Shown: piece after piece, positions 41,201 to 55,050 of the stretch
How the letters are laid out: each line of letters opens with the position of its first letter
Numbering within the stretch: position 1 is the first letter of the stretch
From: Eledone cirrhosa
Taxonomy: Eukaryota
Assembly: GCA_964016885.1 (NCBI GenBank)
Contig: OZ024753.1
Location: forward strand, 18,476,001-18,540,000
Direction of reading: 5' to 3'
DNA: 64,000 bases
Notes under the pieces: generated by a model
What the model saw: only the letters and a program-made list of their open reading frames with translations
Told to the model about the DNA's origin: nothing
The model's database searches: none
Translations under genes and position numbers: made by a program

Positions 41201-44200
41201 GAGACTGCCAACCTTTCTCCCTTCTTTCAACAGACTGTCAGCCTCTCTCCCATCATTCAACAGACTGTCAGCCTTTCTCCCTTCTTTCAACAGACTGCCA
41301 GCCTTTCTCCCTTCATTCAACAGACTGTCAGCCTTTCTCCCTGCTTTCAACAGACTGTCAGCCTTTCTCCCTTCTTTCAACAGATTATCAGCCTTTCTCC
41401 CTGCTTTCAACAGACTGTCAGCCTTTCTCCCTTCTTTCAACAGACTGTCAGCCTCTCTCCCTTCTTTCAACAGACTGTCAGACTTTCTCCCTTCTTTCAA
41501 CAGACTGCCAGCCTTTCTCCCTTCTTTCAACAGACTGTCAGCCTTTCTCCCTTCTTTCAACAGACTGTCATCCTTTCTCCCTTCTTTCACCAGACTGTCA
41601 GCCTCTCTCCCTTCTTTCACCAGACTGTCAGCCTTTCTCACTTCATTCAAAATACTGTCATCTTTAATCCCTTCTTTCAACAGACTGTCAGCTTCTCTGC
41701 CTTCTTTCACCAGACTGTCAGCCTCTCTCCCTTCTTTCAACAGACTGTCAGCCTTTCTCCCTTCTTTCACCAGACTGTCAGCCTTTCTCCCTTCTTTCAC
41801 CAGACTGTCAGCCTTTCTCGCTTCTTTCAACAGTCTGTCAGCCTCTCTCCCTTCTTTCAACAGACTGTTAGCCTCTCTCCCTTCTTTCAACAGACTTTCA
41901 GCCTTTCTCCCTTCTTTCAACAGACTGTCAGCCTCTCTCCCTTCTTTCACCAGACTGTCAGCCTCTCTCTCTTATTTCAACAGACTGTCAGACTTTCTTC
42001 CTTCTTTCACCAGACTGTCAGCCTTTCTCCCTTCTTTCACCAGACTGTCAGCCTTTGTCCCTTCTTTCAACAGACTGTCAGACTTTCTCCCTTCTTTCAC
42101 CAGGCTGTCAGCCTCTCTCCCTTCTTTCAACAGACTGTCAGCCTTTCTCCCTTCTTTCACCAGACTGTCAGCCTTTGTCCCTTCTTTCAACAAACTGTCA
42201 GCCTTTCTCCCTTCTTTCAACAGACTGTCAGCCTCTCTCCCTTCTTTCAGCAGACTGTCAGCCTTTCTCCCTTCTTTCAACAGACTGTCAGCCTTTCACC
42301 CTTCTTTCAAGAGACTGCCAACCTTTCTCCCTTCTTTCAACAGACTGTCAGCCTTTCTCCCTGCTTTCAAGAGACTGTCAGCCTTTCTCGCTGCTTTCAA
42401 CAGACTGTGAGACTTTCTCCCTGCTTTCAACAGACTGTCAGCCTTTCTTCCTTCTTTCATCAGACTGTCAGCCTTTCTCCCTTCTTTCACCAGACTGTCA
42501 GCCTTTCTCCCTTCTTTCAACAGACTGTCAGCCTTTCTCCCATCTTTCACCAGACTGTCAGTCTTTCTCCCTTCTTTCAACAGAGTATCAGCTTCTCCCC
42601 CTTCTTTCACCAGACTGTCAGCCTCTCTCCCTTCTTTCACCAGACTGTCAGCCTGTCTCCCTTCTTTCAACAGACTGTCAGCCTTTCTCCCTTCTTTCAC
42701 CAGACTGTCAGCCTCTCTCCCTTCTTTCACCAGACTGTCAGCCTCGCTCCCTTCTTTCACCAGACTGTCAGCCTCTCTCCCTTCTTTCACCAGACTGTCA
42801 GCCTTTCTCACTTCTTTCAAAATACTGTCATCTTTTATCCCTTCTTTCAACAGACTGTCAGCTTCTCTGCCTTCTTTCACCAGACTGTCAGCCTCTCTCC
42901 CTTCTTTCAACAGACTGTCAGCCTTTCTCCCTTCTTTCACCAGACTGTCAGCCTTTCTCCCTTCTTTCACCAGACTGTCAGCCTTTCTCGCTTCTTTCAA
43001 CAGTCTGTCAGCCTCTCTCCCTTCTTTCAACAGACTGTTAGCCTCGCTCCCTTCTTTCAACAGACTTTCTGCCTTTCTCCCTTCTTTCAACAGACTGTCA
43101 GCCTCTCTCCCTTCTTTCACCAGACTGTCAGCCTCTCTCTCTTATTTCAACAGACTGACAGACTTTCTTCCTTCTTTCACCAGACTGTCAGCCTTTCTCC
43201 CTTCTTTCACCAGACTGTCAGCCATTCTCCCTGCTTTCAACAGACTGTCAGCCTTTCTCCCTTCTTTCAACAGACTCTCAACCTTTCCCCCTTCTTTCAA
43301 CAGACTGTCAGCCTTTCTCCCTTCTTTCAACAGACCGTCAGCCTCTCTCCTTCTTTCAACAGACTATCTGCCTTTCTCCCTTCTTTCACCAGACTGTCAG
43401 CCTTTCTCGCTTCTTTCAACAGACTGTCAGCCTCTCTCCCTTCTTTCAACAGACTGTTAGCCTCTCTCCCTTCTTTCAACAGACTTTCAGCCTTTCTCCC
43501 TTCTTTCAACAGACTGTCAGACTTTCTCCCTTCTTTCAACAGACCGTCAGCCTCTCTCCCTTCTTTCAACAGACCGTCAGCCTCTCTCCTTCTTTCAACA
43601 GACTATCTGCCTTTCTCCCTTCTTTCACCAGACTGTCAGCCTCTCTCCCTTCTTTCAACAGACTGTCAGCCTTTCGCCCTTCTTTCACCAGACTGTCAGC
43701 CTTTGTCCCTTCTTTCAACAGACTGTCAGACTTTCTCCCTTCTTTCACCAGACTGTCAGCCTTTCTCGCTTCTTTCAACAGTCTGTCAGCCTCTCTCCCT
43801 TCTTTCAACAGACTGTTAGCCTCTCTCCCTTCTTTCAACAGACTTTCAGCCTTTCTCCCTTCTTTCAACAGACTGTCAGCCTCTCTCCCTTCTTTCACCA
43901 GACTGTCAGCCTCTCTCTCTTATTTCAACAGACTGTCAGACTTTCTTCCTTCTTTCACCAGACTGTCAGCCTTTCTCCCTTCTTTCACCAGACTGTCAGC
44001 CTTTGTCCCTTCTTTCAACAGACTGTCAGACTTTCTCCCTTCTTTCACCAGGCTGTCAGCCTCTCTCCCTTCTTTCAACAGACTGTCAGCCTTTCTCCCT
44101 TCTTTCACCAGACTGTCAGCCTTTGTCCCTTCTTTCAACAAACTGTCAGCCTTTCTCCCTTCTTTCAACAGACTGTCAGCCTCTCTCCCTTCTTTCAGCA

Positions 44201-47200
44201 GACTGTCAGCCTTTCTCCCTTCTTTCAACAGACTGTCAGCCTTTCACCCTTCTTTCAAGAGACTGCCAACCTTTCTCCCTTCTTTCAACAGACTGTCAGC
44301 CTTTCTCCCTGCTTTCAAGAGACTGTCAGCCTTTCTCGCTGCTTTCAACAGACTGTGAGACTTTCTCCCTGCTTTCAACAGACTGTCAGCCTTTCTTCCT
44401 TCTTTCATCAGACTGTCAGCCTTTCTCCCTTCTTTCACCAGACTGTCAGCCTTTCTCCCTTCTTTCAACAGACTGTCAGCCTTTCTCCCATCTTTCACCA
44501 GACTGTCAGTCTTTCTCCCTTCTTTCAACAGAGTATCAGCTTCTCCCCCTTCTTTCACCAGACTGTCAGCCTCTCTCCCTTCTTTCACCAGACTGTCAGC
44601 CTGTCTCCCTTCTTTCAACAGACTGTCAGCCTTTCTCCCTTCTTTCACCAGACTGTCAGCCTCTCTCCCTTCTTTCACCAGACTGTCAGCCTCGCTCCCT
44701 TCTTTCACCAGACTGTCAGCCTCTCTCCCTTCTTTCACCAGACTGTCAGCCTTTCTCACTTCTTTCAAAATACTGTCATCTTTTATCCCTTCTTTCAACA
44801 GACTGTCAGCTTCTCTGCCTTCTTTCACCAGACTGTCAGCCTCTCTCCCTTCTTTCAACAGACTGTCAGCCTTTCTCCCTTCTTTCACCAGACTGTCAGC
44901 CTTTCTCCCTTCTTTCACCAGACTGTCAGCCTTTCTCGCTTCTTTCAACAGTCTGTCAGCCTCTCTCCCTTCTTTCAACAGACTGTTAGCCTCGCTCCCT
45001 TCTTTCAACAGACTTTCTGCCTTTCTCCCTTCTTTCAACAGACTGTCAGCCTCTCTCCCTTCTTTCACCAGACTGTCAGCCTCTCTCTCTTATTTCAACA
45101 GACTGACAGACTTTCTTCCTTCTTTCACCAGACTGTCAGCCTTTCTCCCTTCTTTCACCAGACTGTCAGCCATTCTCCCTGCTTTCAACAGACTGTCAGC
45201 CTTTCTCCCTTCTTTCAACAGACTCTCAACCTTTCCCCCTTCTTTCAACAGACTGTCAGCCTTTCTCCCTTCTTTCAACAGACCGTCAGCCTCTCTCCTT
45301 CTTTCAACAGACTATCTGCCTTTCTCCCTTCTTTCACCAGACTGTCAGCCTTTCTCGCTTCTTTCAACAGACTGTCAGCCTCTCTCCCTTCTTTCAACAG
45401 ACTGTTAGCCTCTCTCCCTTCTTTCAACAGACTTTCAGCCTTTCTCCCTTCTTTCAACAGACTGTCAGCCTCTCTCCCTTCTTTCACCAGACTGTCAGCC
45501 TCTCTCTCTTATTTCAACAGACTGTCAGACTTTCTTCCTTCTTTCACCAGACTGTCAGCCTCTCTCCCTTCTTTCAACAGACTGTCAGCCTTTCGCCCTT
45601 CTTTCACCAGACTGTCAGCCTTTGTCCCTTCTTTCAACAGACTGTCAGACTTTCTCCCTTCTTTCACCAGACTGTCAGCCTCTCTCCCTTCTTTCAACAG
45701 ACTGTCAGCCTTTCTCCCTTCTTTCACCAGACTGTCAGCCTTTGTCCCTTCTTTCAACAAACTGTCAGCCTTTCTCCCTTCTTTCAACAGACTGTCAGCC
45801 TCTCTCCCTTCTTTCAGCAGACTGTCAGCCTTTATCTGCCTTCTTTCAACAGACTGTCAGCCTTTCACCCTTCTTTCAAGAGACTGCCAACCTTTCTCCC
45901 TTCTTTCAACAGACTGTCAGCCTTTCTCCCTGCTTTCAAGCGACTGTCAGCCTTTCTCGCTGCTTTCAACAGACTGTCAGACTTTCTCCCTGCTTTCAAC
46001 AGACTGTCAGCCTTTCTTCCTTCTTTCATCAGACTGTCAGCCTTTCTCCCTTCTTTCACCAGACTGTCAGCCTTTCTCCCTTCTTTCAACAGACTGTCAG
46101 CCTTTCTCCCATCTTTCACCAGACTGTCAGTCTTTCTCCCTTCTTTCAACAGAGTATCAGCTTCTCCCCCTTCTTTCACCAGACTGTCAGCCTTTCTCCC
46201 TTCTTTCAACAGTCTGTAAGCCTCTCTCCCTTCTTTCACCAGACTCTCAGCCTTTCTCCCTGCTTTCAACAGACTGTCAGCCTTTCTCCCTGCTTTCAAC
46301 AGACTGTCAGCTTTTCTCCCTTCTTTCAACAGACTATCAGCCATTCTACCTGCTTTCAACAGACTGTCAGCCTTTCTCTCTTCTTTCACCAGACTGTCAG
46401 CCTCTCTTCCTTCTTTCACCAGACTGTCAGCCTTTCTCCCTTCTTTCAACAGACTGTCAGCCATTCTACCTGGTTTCAACAGACTGTAAGCCTTTCTCCC
46501 TTCTTTCAACAGACTGTCAGCCTCTCTCCCTTCTTTCACCAGACTGTCAGCCTCTCTCTCTCATTTCAACAAACTGTCAGACTTTTTCCCTTCTTTCACC
46601 AGACTGTCAGCCTCTCTCCCTTATTTCAACAGACTGTCAGCCTTTCTCCCTTCTTTCAACAGACTGTCAGCCTTTCTCCCTTCTTTCACCAGACTGTCAG
46701 CCTCTCTCCCTTATTTCAACAGACTGTCAGCCTTTCTCCCTTCTTTCAAGAGACTGTCAGCCTTTCTCCCTTCTTTCACCAGACTATCAGCCTTTCTCCC
46801 TTCTTTCACCAGTCTGTCAGCCTCTCTGCATTCTTTCACCAGAATGTCAGCCTTTCTCCCTTCTTTCACGAGACTGTCAGCCTTTCTCCCTTCTTTCAAC
46901 AGACTGTCAGCCTCTCTCCCTTCATTCAACAGACTGTCAGCCTTTCTCCCTTCTTTCAACAGACTGTCAGCCTTTCTCGCTTCTTTCAACAGACTGTCAG
47001 CCATTCTCCATTTATTCAACAGAATGTCAGCCTTTCACCCTCCTTTCACCAGACTGTCAGCCATTCTCCCTGCTTTCAACAAACTGTCAGCCTTTCTCCC
47101 TTCTTTCAACAGACTATCAGCCTCTCTCCCTTCTTTCAGCAGACTGTCAGCCTTTCACCCTTCTTTCAAGAGACTGCCAACCTTTCTCCCTTCTTTCAAC

Positions 47201-50200
47201 AGACTGTCAGCCTCTCTCCCCTCATTCAACAGACTGTCAGCCTTTCTCCCTTCTTTCAACAGACTGCCAGCCTTTCTCCCTTCATTCAACAGACTGTCAG
47301 CCTTTCTCCCTGCTTTCAACAGACTGTCAGCCTTTCTCCCTTCTTTCAACAGATTATCAGCCTTTCTCCCTTCTTTCAACAGACTGTCAGCCTCTCTCCC
47401 TTCTTTCAACAGACTGTCAGACTTTCTCCCTTCTTTCAACAGACTGCCAGCCTTTCTCCCTTCTTTCAACAGACTGTCAGCCTTTCTCCCTTCTTTCAAC
47501 AGACTGTCATCCTTTCTCCCTTCTTTCACCAGACTGTCAGCCTCTCTCCCTTCTTTCACCAGACTGTCAGCCTTTCTCACTTCTTTCAAAATACTGTCAT
47601 CTTTTATCCCTTCTTTCAACAGACTGTCAGCTTCTCTGCCTTCTTTCACCAGACTGTCAGCCTCTCTCCCTTCTTTCAACAGACTGTCAGCCTTTCTCCC
47701 TTCTTTCACCAGACTGTCAGCCTTTCTCCCTTCTTTCAACAGACTGTCAGCCTTTCTCCCTTCTTTCAACAAACTTTCAGCCCTTTTCCATTCTTTCACC
47801 AGACTGTCAGCCTCTCTCCCTTCTTTCACCAGACTGTCAGCCTTTCTCCCTTCTTTCAACAGACTGTCAGACTTTCTCCCTTTTTTCAACAGACTGCCAG
47901 CCTTTCTCCCTTCTTTCAACAGACTGAAAGCCTCTCTCCCTTCTTTCAACAGACCGTCAGCCTCTCTCCTTCTTTCAACAGACTATCTGCCTTTCTCCCT
48001 TCTTTCACTAGACTGTCAGCCTTTCTCGCTTCTTTCAACAGACTGTCAGCCTCTCTCCCTTCTTTCAACAGACTGTTAGCCTCTCTCCCTTCTTTCAACA
48101 GACTTTCAGCCTTTCTCCCTTCTTTCAACAGACTGTCAGCCTCTCTCCCTTCTTTCACCAGACTGTCAGCCTCTCTCTCTTATTTCAACAGACTGTCAGA
48201 CTTTCTTCCTTCTTTCACCAGACTGTCAGCCTCTCTCCCTTCTTTCAACAGACTGTCAGCCTTTCTCCCTTCTTTCACCAGACTGTCAGCCTTTGTCCCT
48301 TCTTTCAACAGACTGTCAGACTTTCTCCCTTCTTTCACCAGACTGTCAGCCTCTCTCCCTTCTTTCAACAGACTGTCAGCCTTTCTCCCTTCTTTCACCA
48401 GACTGTCAGCCTTTGTCCCTTCTTTCAACAAACTGTCAGCCTTTCTACCTTCTTTCAACAGACTGTCAGCCTCTCTCCCTTCTTTCAGCAGACTCTCAGC
48501 CTTTATCTGCCTTCTTTCAACAGACTGTCAGCCTTTCTCGCTGCTTTCAACAGACTGTCAGACTTTCTCCCTGCTTTCAACAGACTGTCAGCCTTTCTTC
48601 CTTCTTTCATCAGACTGTCAGCCTTTCTCCCTTCTTTCACCAGACTGTCAGCCTTTCTCCCTTCTTTCAACAGAGTATCAGCTTCTCCCCCTTCTTTCAC
48701 CAGACTGTCAGCCTCTCTCCCTTCTTTCACCAGACTGTCAGCCTTTCTCCCTTCTTTCAACATACTGTCAGCCTTTCTCCCTTATTTCACCAGACTGTCA
48801 GCCTCTCTCCCTTCTTTCACCAGACTGTCAGCCTCGCTCCCTTCTTTCAACAGACTGTCAGCCTTTCTCCCTTCTTTCACCAGACTGTCAGCCATTCTCC
48901 CTGCTTTCAACAGACTGTCAGCCTTTCTCCCTTCTTTCAACAGACTGCCAGCCTTTCTCCCTTCATTCAACAGACTGTCAGCCTTTCTCCCTGCTTTCAA
49001 CAGACTGTCAGCCTTTCCCCTTCTTTCAACAGATTATCAGCCTTTCTCCCTGCTTTCAACAGACTGTCAGCCTTTCTCCCTTCTTTAAACAGACTGTCAG
49101 CCTCTCTCCCATCTTTCAACAGACTGTCAGACTTTCTCCCTTCTTTCAACAGACTGCCAGCCTTTCTCCCTTCTTTCAACAGACTGTCAGCCTTTCTCCC
49201 TTCTTTCAACACACTGTCATCCTTTCTCCCTTCTTTCACCAGACTGTCAGCCTCTCTCCCTTCTTTCACCAGACTGTCAGCCTTTCTCACTTCTTTCAAA
49301 ATACTGTCATCTTTTATCCCTTCTTTCAACAGACTGTCAGCTTCTCTGCCTTCTTTCACCAGACTGTCAGCCTCTCTCCCTTCTTTCAACAGACTGTCAG
49401 CCTTTCTCCCTTCTTTCACCAGACTGTCAGCCTTTCTCCCTTCTTTCAACAGACTGTCAGCCTTTCTCCCTTCTTTCAACAGACTTTCAGCCCTTTTACA
49501 TTCTTTCACCAGACTGTCAGCCTCTCTCCCTTCTTTCACCAGACTGTCAGCCTTTCTCCCTTCTTTCAACAGACTGTCAGACTTTCTCCCTTCTTTCAAC
49601 AGACTGCCAGCCTTTCTCCCTTCTTTCAACAGACTGAAAGCCTCTCTCCCTTCTTTCAACAGACCGTCAGCCTCTCTCCTTCTTTCAACAGACTATCTGC
49701 CTTTCTCCCTTCTTTCACCAGACTGTCAGCCTTTCTCGCTTCTTTCAACAGTCTGTCAGCCTCTCTCCCTTCTTTCAACAGACTGTTAGCCTCTCTCCCT
49801 TCTTTCAACAGACTTTCAGCCTTTCTCCCTTCTTTCAACAGACTGTCAGCCTCTCTCCCTTCTTTCACCAGACTGTCAGCCTCTCTCTCTTATTTCAACA
49901 GACTGTCAGACTTTCTTCCTTCTTTCACCAGACTGTCAGCCTTTCTCCCTTCTTTCACCAGACTGTCAGCCTTTGTCCCTTCTTTCAACAGACTGTCAGA
50001 TTTTCTCCCTTCTTTCACCAGGCTGTCAGCCTCTCTCCCTTCTTTCAACAGACTGTCAGCCTTTCTCCCTTCTTTCACCAGACTGTCAGCCTTTGTCCCT
50101 TCTTTCAACAAACTGTCAGCCTTTCTCCCTTCTTTCAACAGACTGTCAGCCTCTCTCCCTTCTTTCAGCAGACTGTCAGCCTTTCTCCCTTCTTTCAACA

Positions 50201-53200
50201 GACTGTCAGCCTTTCACCCTTCTTTCAAGAGACTGCCAACCTTTCTCCCTTCTTTCAATAGACTGTCAGCCTTTCTCCCTGCTTTCAAGAGACTGTCAGC
50301 CTTTCTCGCTGCTTTCAACAGACTGTGAGACTTTCTCCCTGCTTTCAACAGACTGTCAGCCTTTCTTCCTTCTTTCATCAGACTGTCAGCCTTTCTCCCT
50401 TCTTTCACCAGACTGTCAGCCTTTCTCCCTTCTTTCAACAGACTGTCAGCCTTTCTCCCATCTTTCACCAGACTGTCAGTCTTTCTCCCTTCTTTCAACA
50501 GACTGTCAGCCTTTCTCCCATCTTTCACCAGACTGTCAGCCTTTCTCCCTTCTTTCACCAGACTGTCAGCCTTTCTCCCTTCTTTCAACAGACTGTCAGC
50601 CTTTCTCCCTTCTTTCACCAGACTGTCAGCCTCTCTCCCTTCTTTCACCAGACTGTCAGCCTGTCTCCCTTCTTTCAACAGACTGTCAGCCTTTCTCCCT
50701 TCTTTCACCAGACTGTCAGCCTCTCTCCCTTCTTTCACCAGACTGTCAGCCTCGCTCCCTTATTTCAACAGACTGTCAGCCTTTCTCCCTTCTTTCAACA
50801 GACTGTCAGCCTTTCTCCCTTCTTTCAACAGACTGTCAGCCTTTCTCCCTTCTTTCAACAGACTTTCAGTCCTTTTACATTCTTTCACCAGACTGTCAGC
50901 CTCTCTCCCTTCTTTCACCAGACTGTCAGCCTCTCTCCCTTCTTTCACCAGACTGTCAGCCTTTCTCCCGTCTTTCAACAGACTGTCAGCCTTTCTCCCT
51001 TCTTTCACCAGACTGTCAGCCTCTCTCCCTTCTTTCACCAGACTGTCAGCCTCGCTCCCTTCTTTCAACAGACTGTCAGCCTTTCTCCCTTCTTTCAACA
51101 GACTGTCAGCCTTTCTCCCTTCTTTCACCAGACTGTCAGCCATTCTCCCTGCTTTCAACAGACTGTCAGCCTTTCTCCCTTCTTTCAACAGACTCTCAAC
51201 CTTTCCCCCTTCTTTCAACAGACTGTCAGCCTTTCTCCCTTCTTTCAACAGACTGTCAGCCATTCTCCCTGCTTTCAACAGACTGTAAGCCTTTCTCCCT
51301 TCTTTCAACAGACTGTCAGCCTCTCTCCCTTCTTTCACCAGACTGTCAGCCTCTCTCTCTTATTTCAACAAACTGTCAGACTTTTTCCCTTCTTTCACCA
51401 GACTGTCAGCCTCTCTCCCTTATTTCAACAGACTGTCAGCCTTTCTCCCTTCTTTCAACAGACTGTCAGCCTTTCTCCCTTCTTTCAACAGACTGTCAGC
51501 CTCTCTCCCTTATTTCAACAGACTGTCAGCCTTTCTCCCTTCTTTCAAGAGACTGTCAGCCTTTCTCCCTTCTTTCACCAGACTATCAGCCTTTCTCCCT
51601 TCTTTCACCAGTCTGTCAGCCTCTCTGCATTCTTTCACCAGAATGTCAGCCTTTCTCCCTTCTTTCACGAGGCTGTCAGCCTTTCTCCCTTCTTTCAACA
51701 GACTGTCAGCCTCTCTCCCTTCATTCAACAGCCTGTCAGCCTTTCTCCCTTCTTTCAACAGACTGTCAGCCTTTCTCGCTTCTTTCAACAGTCTGTCAGC
51801 CATTCTCCATTTATTCAACAGAATGTCAGCCTTTCACCCTTCTTTCACCAGACTGTCAGCATTCTCCCTGTTTCAACAAACTGTCAGCCTTTCTCCCTTC
51901 TTTCAACAGACTATCAGCCTCTCTCCCTTCTTTCAGCAGACTGTCAGCCTTTCACCCTTCTTTCAAGAGACTGCCAACCTTTCTCCCTTCTTTCAACAGA
52001 CTGTCAGCCTCTCTCCCATCATTCAACAGACTGTCAGCCTTTCTCCCTTCTTTCAACAGACTGCCAGCCTTTCTCCCTTCATTCAACAGACTGTCAGCCT
52101 TTCTCCCTGCTTTCAACAGACTGTCAGCCTTTCTCCCTTCTTTCAACAGATTATCAGCCTTTCTCCCTGCTTTCAACAGACTGTCAGCCTTTCTCCCTTC
52201 TTTCAACAGACTGTCAGCCTCTCTCCCTTCTTTCAACAGACTGTCAGACTTTCTCCCTTCTTTCAACAGACTGCCAGCCTTTCTCCCTTCTTTCAACAGA
52301 CTGTCAGCCTTTCTCCCTTCTTTCAACAGACTGTCATCCTTTCTCCCTTCTTTCACCAGACTGTCAGCCTCTCTCCCTTCTTTCACCAGACTGTCAGCCT
52401 TTCTCACTTCATTCAAAATACTGTCATCTTTAATCCCTTCTTTCAACAGACTGTCAGCTTCTCTGCCTTCTTTCACCAGACTGTCAGCCTCTCTCCCTTC
52501 TTTCAACAGACTGTCAGCCTTTCTCCCTTCTTTCACCAGACTGTCAGCCTTTCTCCCTTCTTTCACCAGACTGTCAGCCTTTCTCGCTTCTTTCAACAGT
52601 CTGTCAGCCTCTCTCCCTTCTTTCAACAGACTGTTAGCCTCTCTCCCTTCTTTCAACAGACTTTCAGCCTTTCTCCCTTCTTTCAACAGACTGTCAGCCT
52701 CTCTCCCTTCTTTCACCAGACTGTCAGCCTCTCTCTCTTATTTCAACAGACTGTCAGACTTTCTTCCTTCTTTCACCAGACTGTCAGCCTTTCTCCCTTC
52801 TTTCACCAGACTGTCAGCCTTTGTCCCTTCTTTCAACAGACTGTCAGACTTTCTCCCTTCTTTCACCAGGCTGTCAGCCTCTCTCCCTTCTTTCAACAGA
52901 CTGTCAGCCTTTCTCCCTTCTTTCACCAGACTGTCAGCCTTTGTCCCTTCTTTCAACAAACTGTCAGCCTTTCTCCCTTCTTTCAACAGACTGTCAGCCT
53001 CTCTCCCTTCTTTCAGCAGACTGTCAGCCTTTCTCCCTTCTTTCAACAGACTGTCAGCCTTTCACCCTTCTTTCAAGAGACTGCCAACCTTTCTCCCTTC
53101 TTTCAACAGACTGTCAGCCTTTCTCCCTGCTTTCAAGAGACTGTCAGCCTTTCTCGCTGCTTTCCACAGACTGTGAGACTTTCTCCCTGCTTTCAACAGA

Positions 53201-53960
53201 CTGTCAGCCTTTCTTCCTTCTTTCATCAGACTGTCAGCCTTTCTCCCTTCTTTCACCAGACTGTCAGCCTTTCTCCCTTCTTTCAACAGACTGTCAGCCT
53301 TTCTCCCATCTTTCACCAGACTGTCAGTCTTTCTCCCTTCTTTCAACAGAGTATCAGCTTCTCCCCCTTCTTTCACCAGACTGTCAGCCTCTCTCCCTTC
53401 TTTCACCAGACTGTCAGCCTGTCTCCCTTCTTTCAACAGACTGTCAGCCTTTCTCCCTTCTTTCACCAGACTGTCAGCCTCTCTCCCTTCTTTCACCAGA
53501 CTGTCAGCCTCGCTCCCTTCTTTCACCAGACTGTCAGCCTCTCTCCCTTCTTTCACCAGACTGTCAGCCTTTCTCACTTCTTTCAAAATACTGTCATCTT
53601 TTATCCCTTCTTTCAACAGACTGTCAGCTTCTCTGCCTTCTTTCACCAGACTGTCAGCCTCTCTCCCTTCTTTCAACAGACTGTCAGCCTTTCTCCCTTC
53701 TTTCACCAGACTGTCAGCCTTTCTCCCTTCTTTCACCAGACTGTCAGCCTTTCTCGCTTCTTTCAACAGTCTGTCAGCCTCTCTCCCTTCTTTCAACAGA
53801 CTGTTAGCCTCGCTCCCTTCTTTCAACAGACTTTCTGCCTTTCTCCCTTCTTTCAACAGACTGTCAGCCTCTCTCCCTTCTTTCACCAGACTGTCAGCCT
53901 CTCTCTCTTATTTCAACAGACTGACAGACTTTCTTCCTTCTTTCACCAGACTGTCAGCCT
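38230..53960. repeat. Duplicated block: about 38.2-43.2 kb repeated at about 48.5-54.0 kb
   Basis: Matching tracks 38276/48503 (10,227), 39430/49656 (10,226), 40204/50760 (10,556) and 41186/51952, 42296/53062 (10,766). Shared rare markers include cttctttaaacag, cagattttct, cccgtcttt and cagcattctccctgtttc. Confidence 0.87.
41783..45468. repeat. Direct duplication with 1,948-bp period (65 monomers, net -2 bp)
   Basis: Identical tracks 41972/43920, 42296/44244 and 43142/45090. Shared markers gactgtgaga, gacttttctgcc and gactgacaga. Confidence 0.9.
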
Positions 53961-54690
53961 TTCTCCCTTCTTTCACCAGACTGTCAGCCTTTGTCCCTTC
54001 TTTCAACAGACTGTCAGACTTTCTCCCTTCTTTCACCAGGCTGTCAGCCTCTCTCCCTTCTTTCAACAGACTGTCAGCCTTTCTCCCTTCTTTCACCAGA
54101 CTGTCAGCCTTTGTCCCTTCTTTCAACAAACTGTCAGCCTTTCTCCCTTCTTTCAACAGACTGTCAGCCTCTCTCCCTTCTTTCAGCAGACTGTCAGCCT
54201 TTCTCCCTTCTTTCAACAGACTGTCAGCCTTTCACCCTTCTTTCAAGAGACTGCCAACCTTTCTCCCTTCTTTCAACAGACTGTCAGCCTTTCTCCCTGC
54301 TTTCAAGAGACTGTCAGCCTTTCTCGCTGCTTTCAACAGACTGTGAGACTTTCTCCCTGCTTTCAACAGACTGTCAGCCTTTCTTCCTTCTTTCATCAGA
54401 CTGTCAGCCTTCCTCCCTTCTTTCACCAGACTGTCAGCCTTTCTCCCTTCTTTCAACAGACTGTCAGCCTTTCTCCCATCTTTCACCAGACTGTCAGTCT
54501 TTCTCCCTTCTTTCAACAGAGTATCAGCTTCTCCCCCTTCTTTCACCAGACTGTCAGCCTCTCTCCCTTCTTTCACTAGACTGTCAGCCTGTCTCCCTTC
54601 TTTCAACAGACTGTCAGCCTTTCTCCCTTCTTTCACCAGACTGTCAGCCTCTCTCCCTTCTTTCACCAGACTGTCAGCCTCGCTCCCTTA
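52330..54690. repeat. Tandem duplication with 1,170-bp period (39 monomers)
   Basis: Tracks 52738/53908, 52821/53991 and 53062/54232. Markers caccaggctg and ctgtgagact recur at +1,170. Confidence 0.85.
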
Positions 54691-55050
54691 TTTCAACAGA
54701 CTGTCAGCCTTTCTCCCTTCCTTCAACAGACTGTCAGCCTTTCTCCCTTCTTTCAACAGACTGTCAGCCTTTCTCCCTTCTTTCAACAGACTTTCAGTCC
54801 TTTTACATTCTTTCACCAGACTGTCAGCCTCTCTCCCTTCTTTCACCAGACTGTCAGCCTCTCTCCCTTCTTTCACCAGACTGTCAGACTTTCTCCCTTC
54901 TTTCAACAGACTGTCAGCCTTTCTCCCTTCTTTCACCAGACTGTCAGCCTCTCTCCCTTCTTTCACCAGACTGTCAGCCTCGCTCCCTTCTTTCAACAGA
55001 CTGTCAGCCTTTCTCCCTTCTTTGAACAGACTGTCAGCCTTTCTCCCTTC

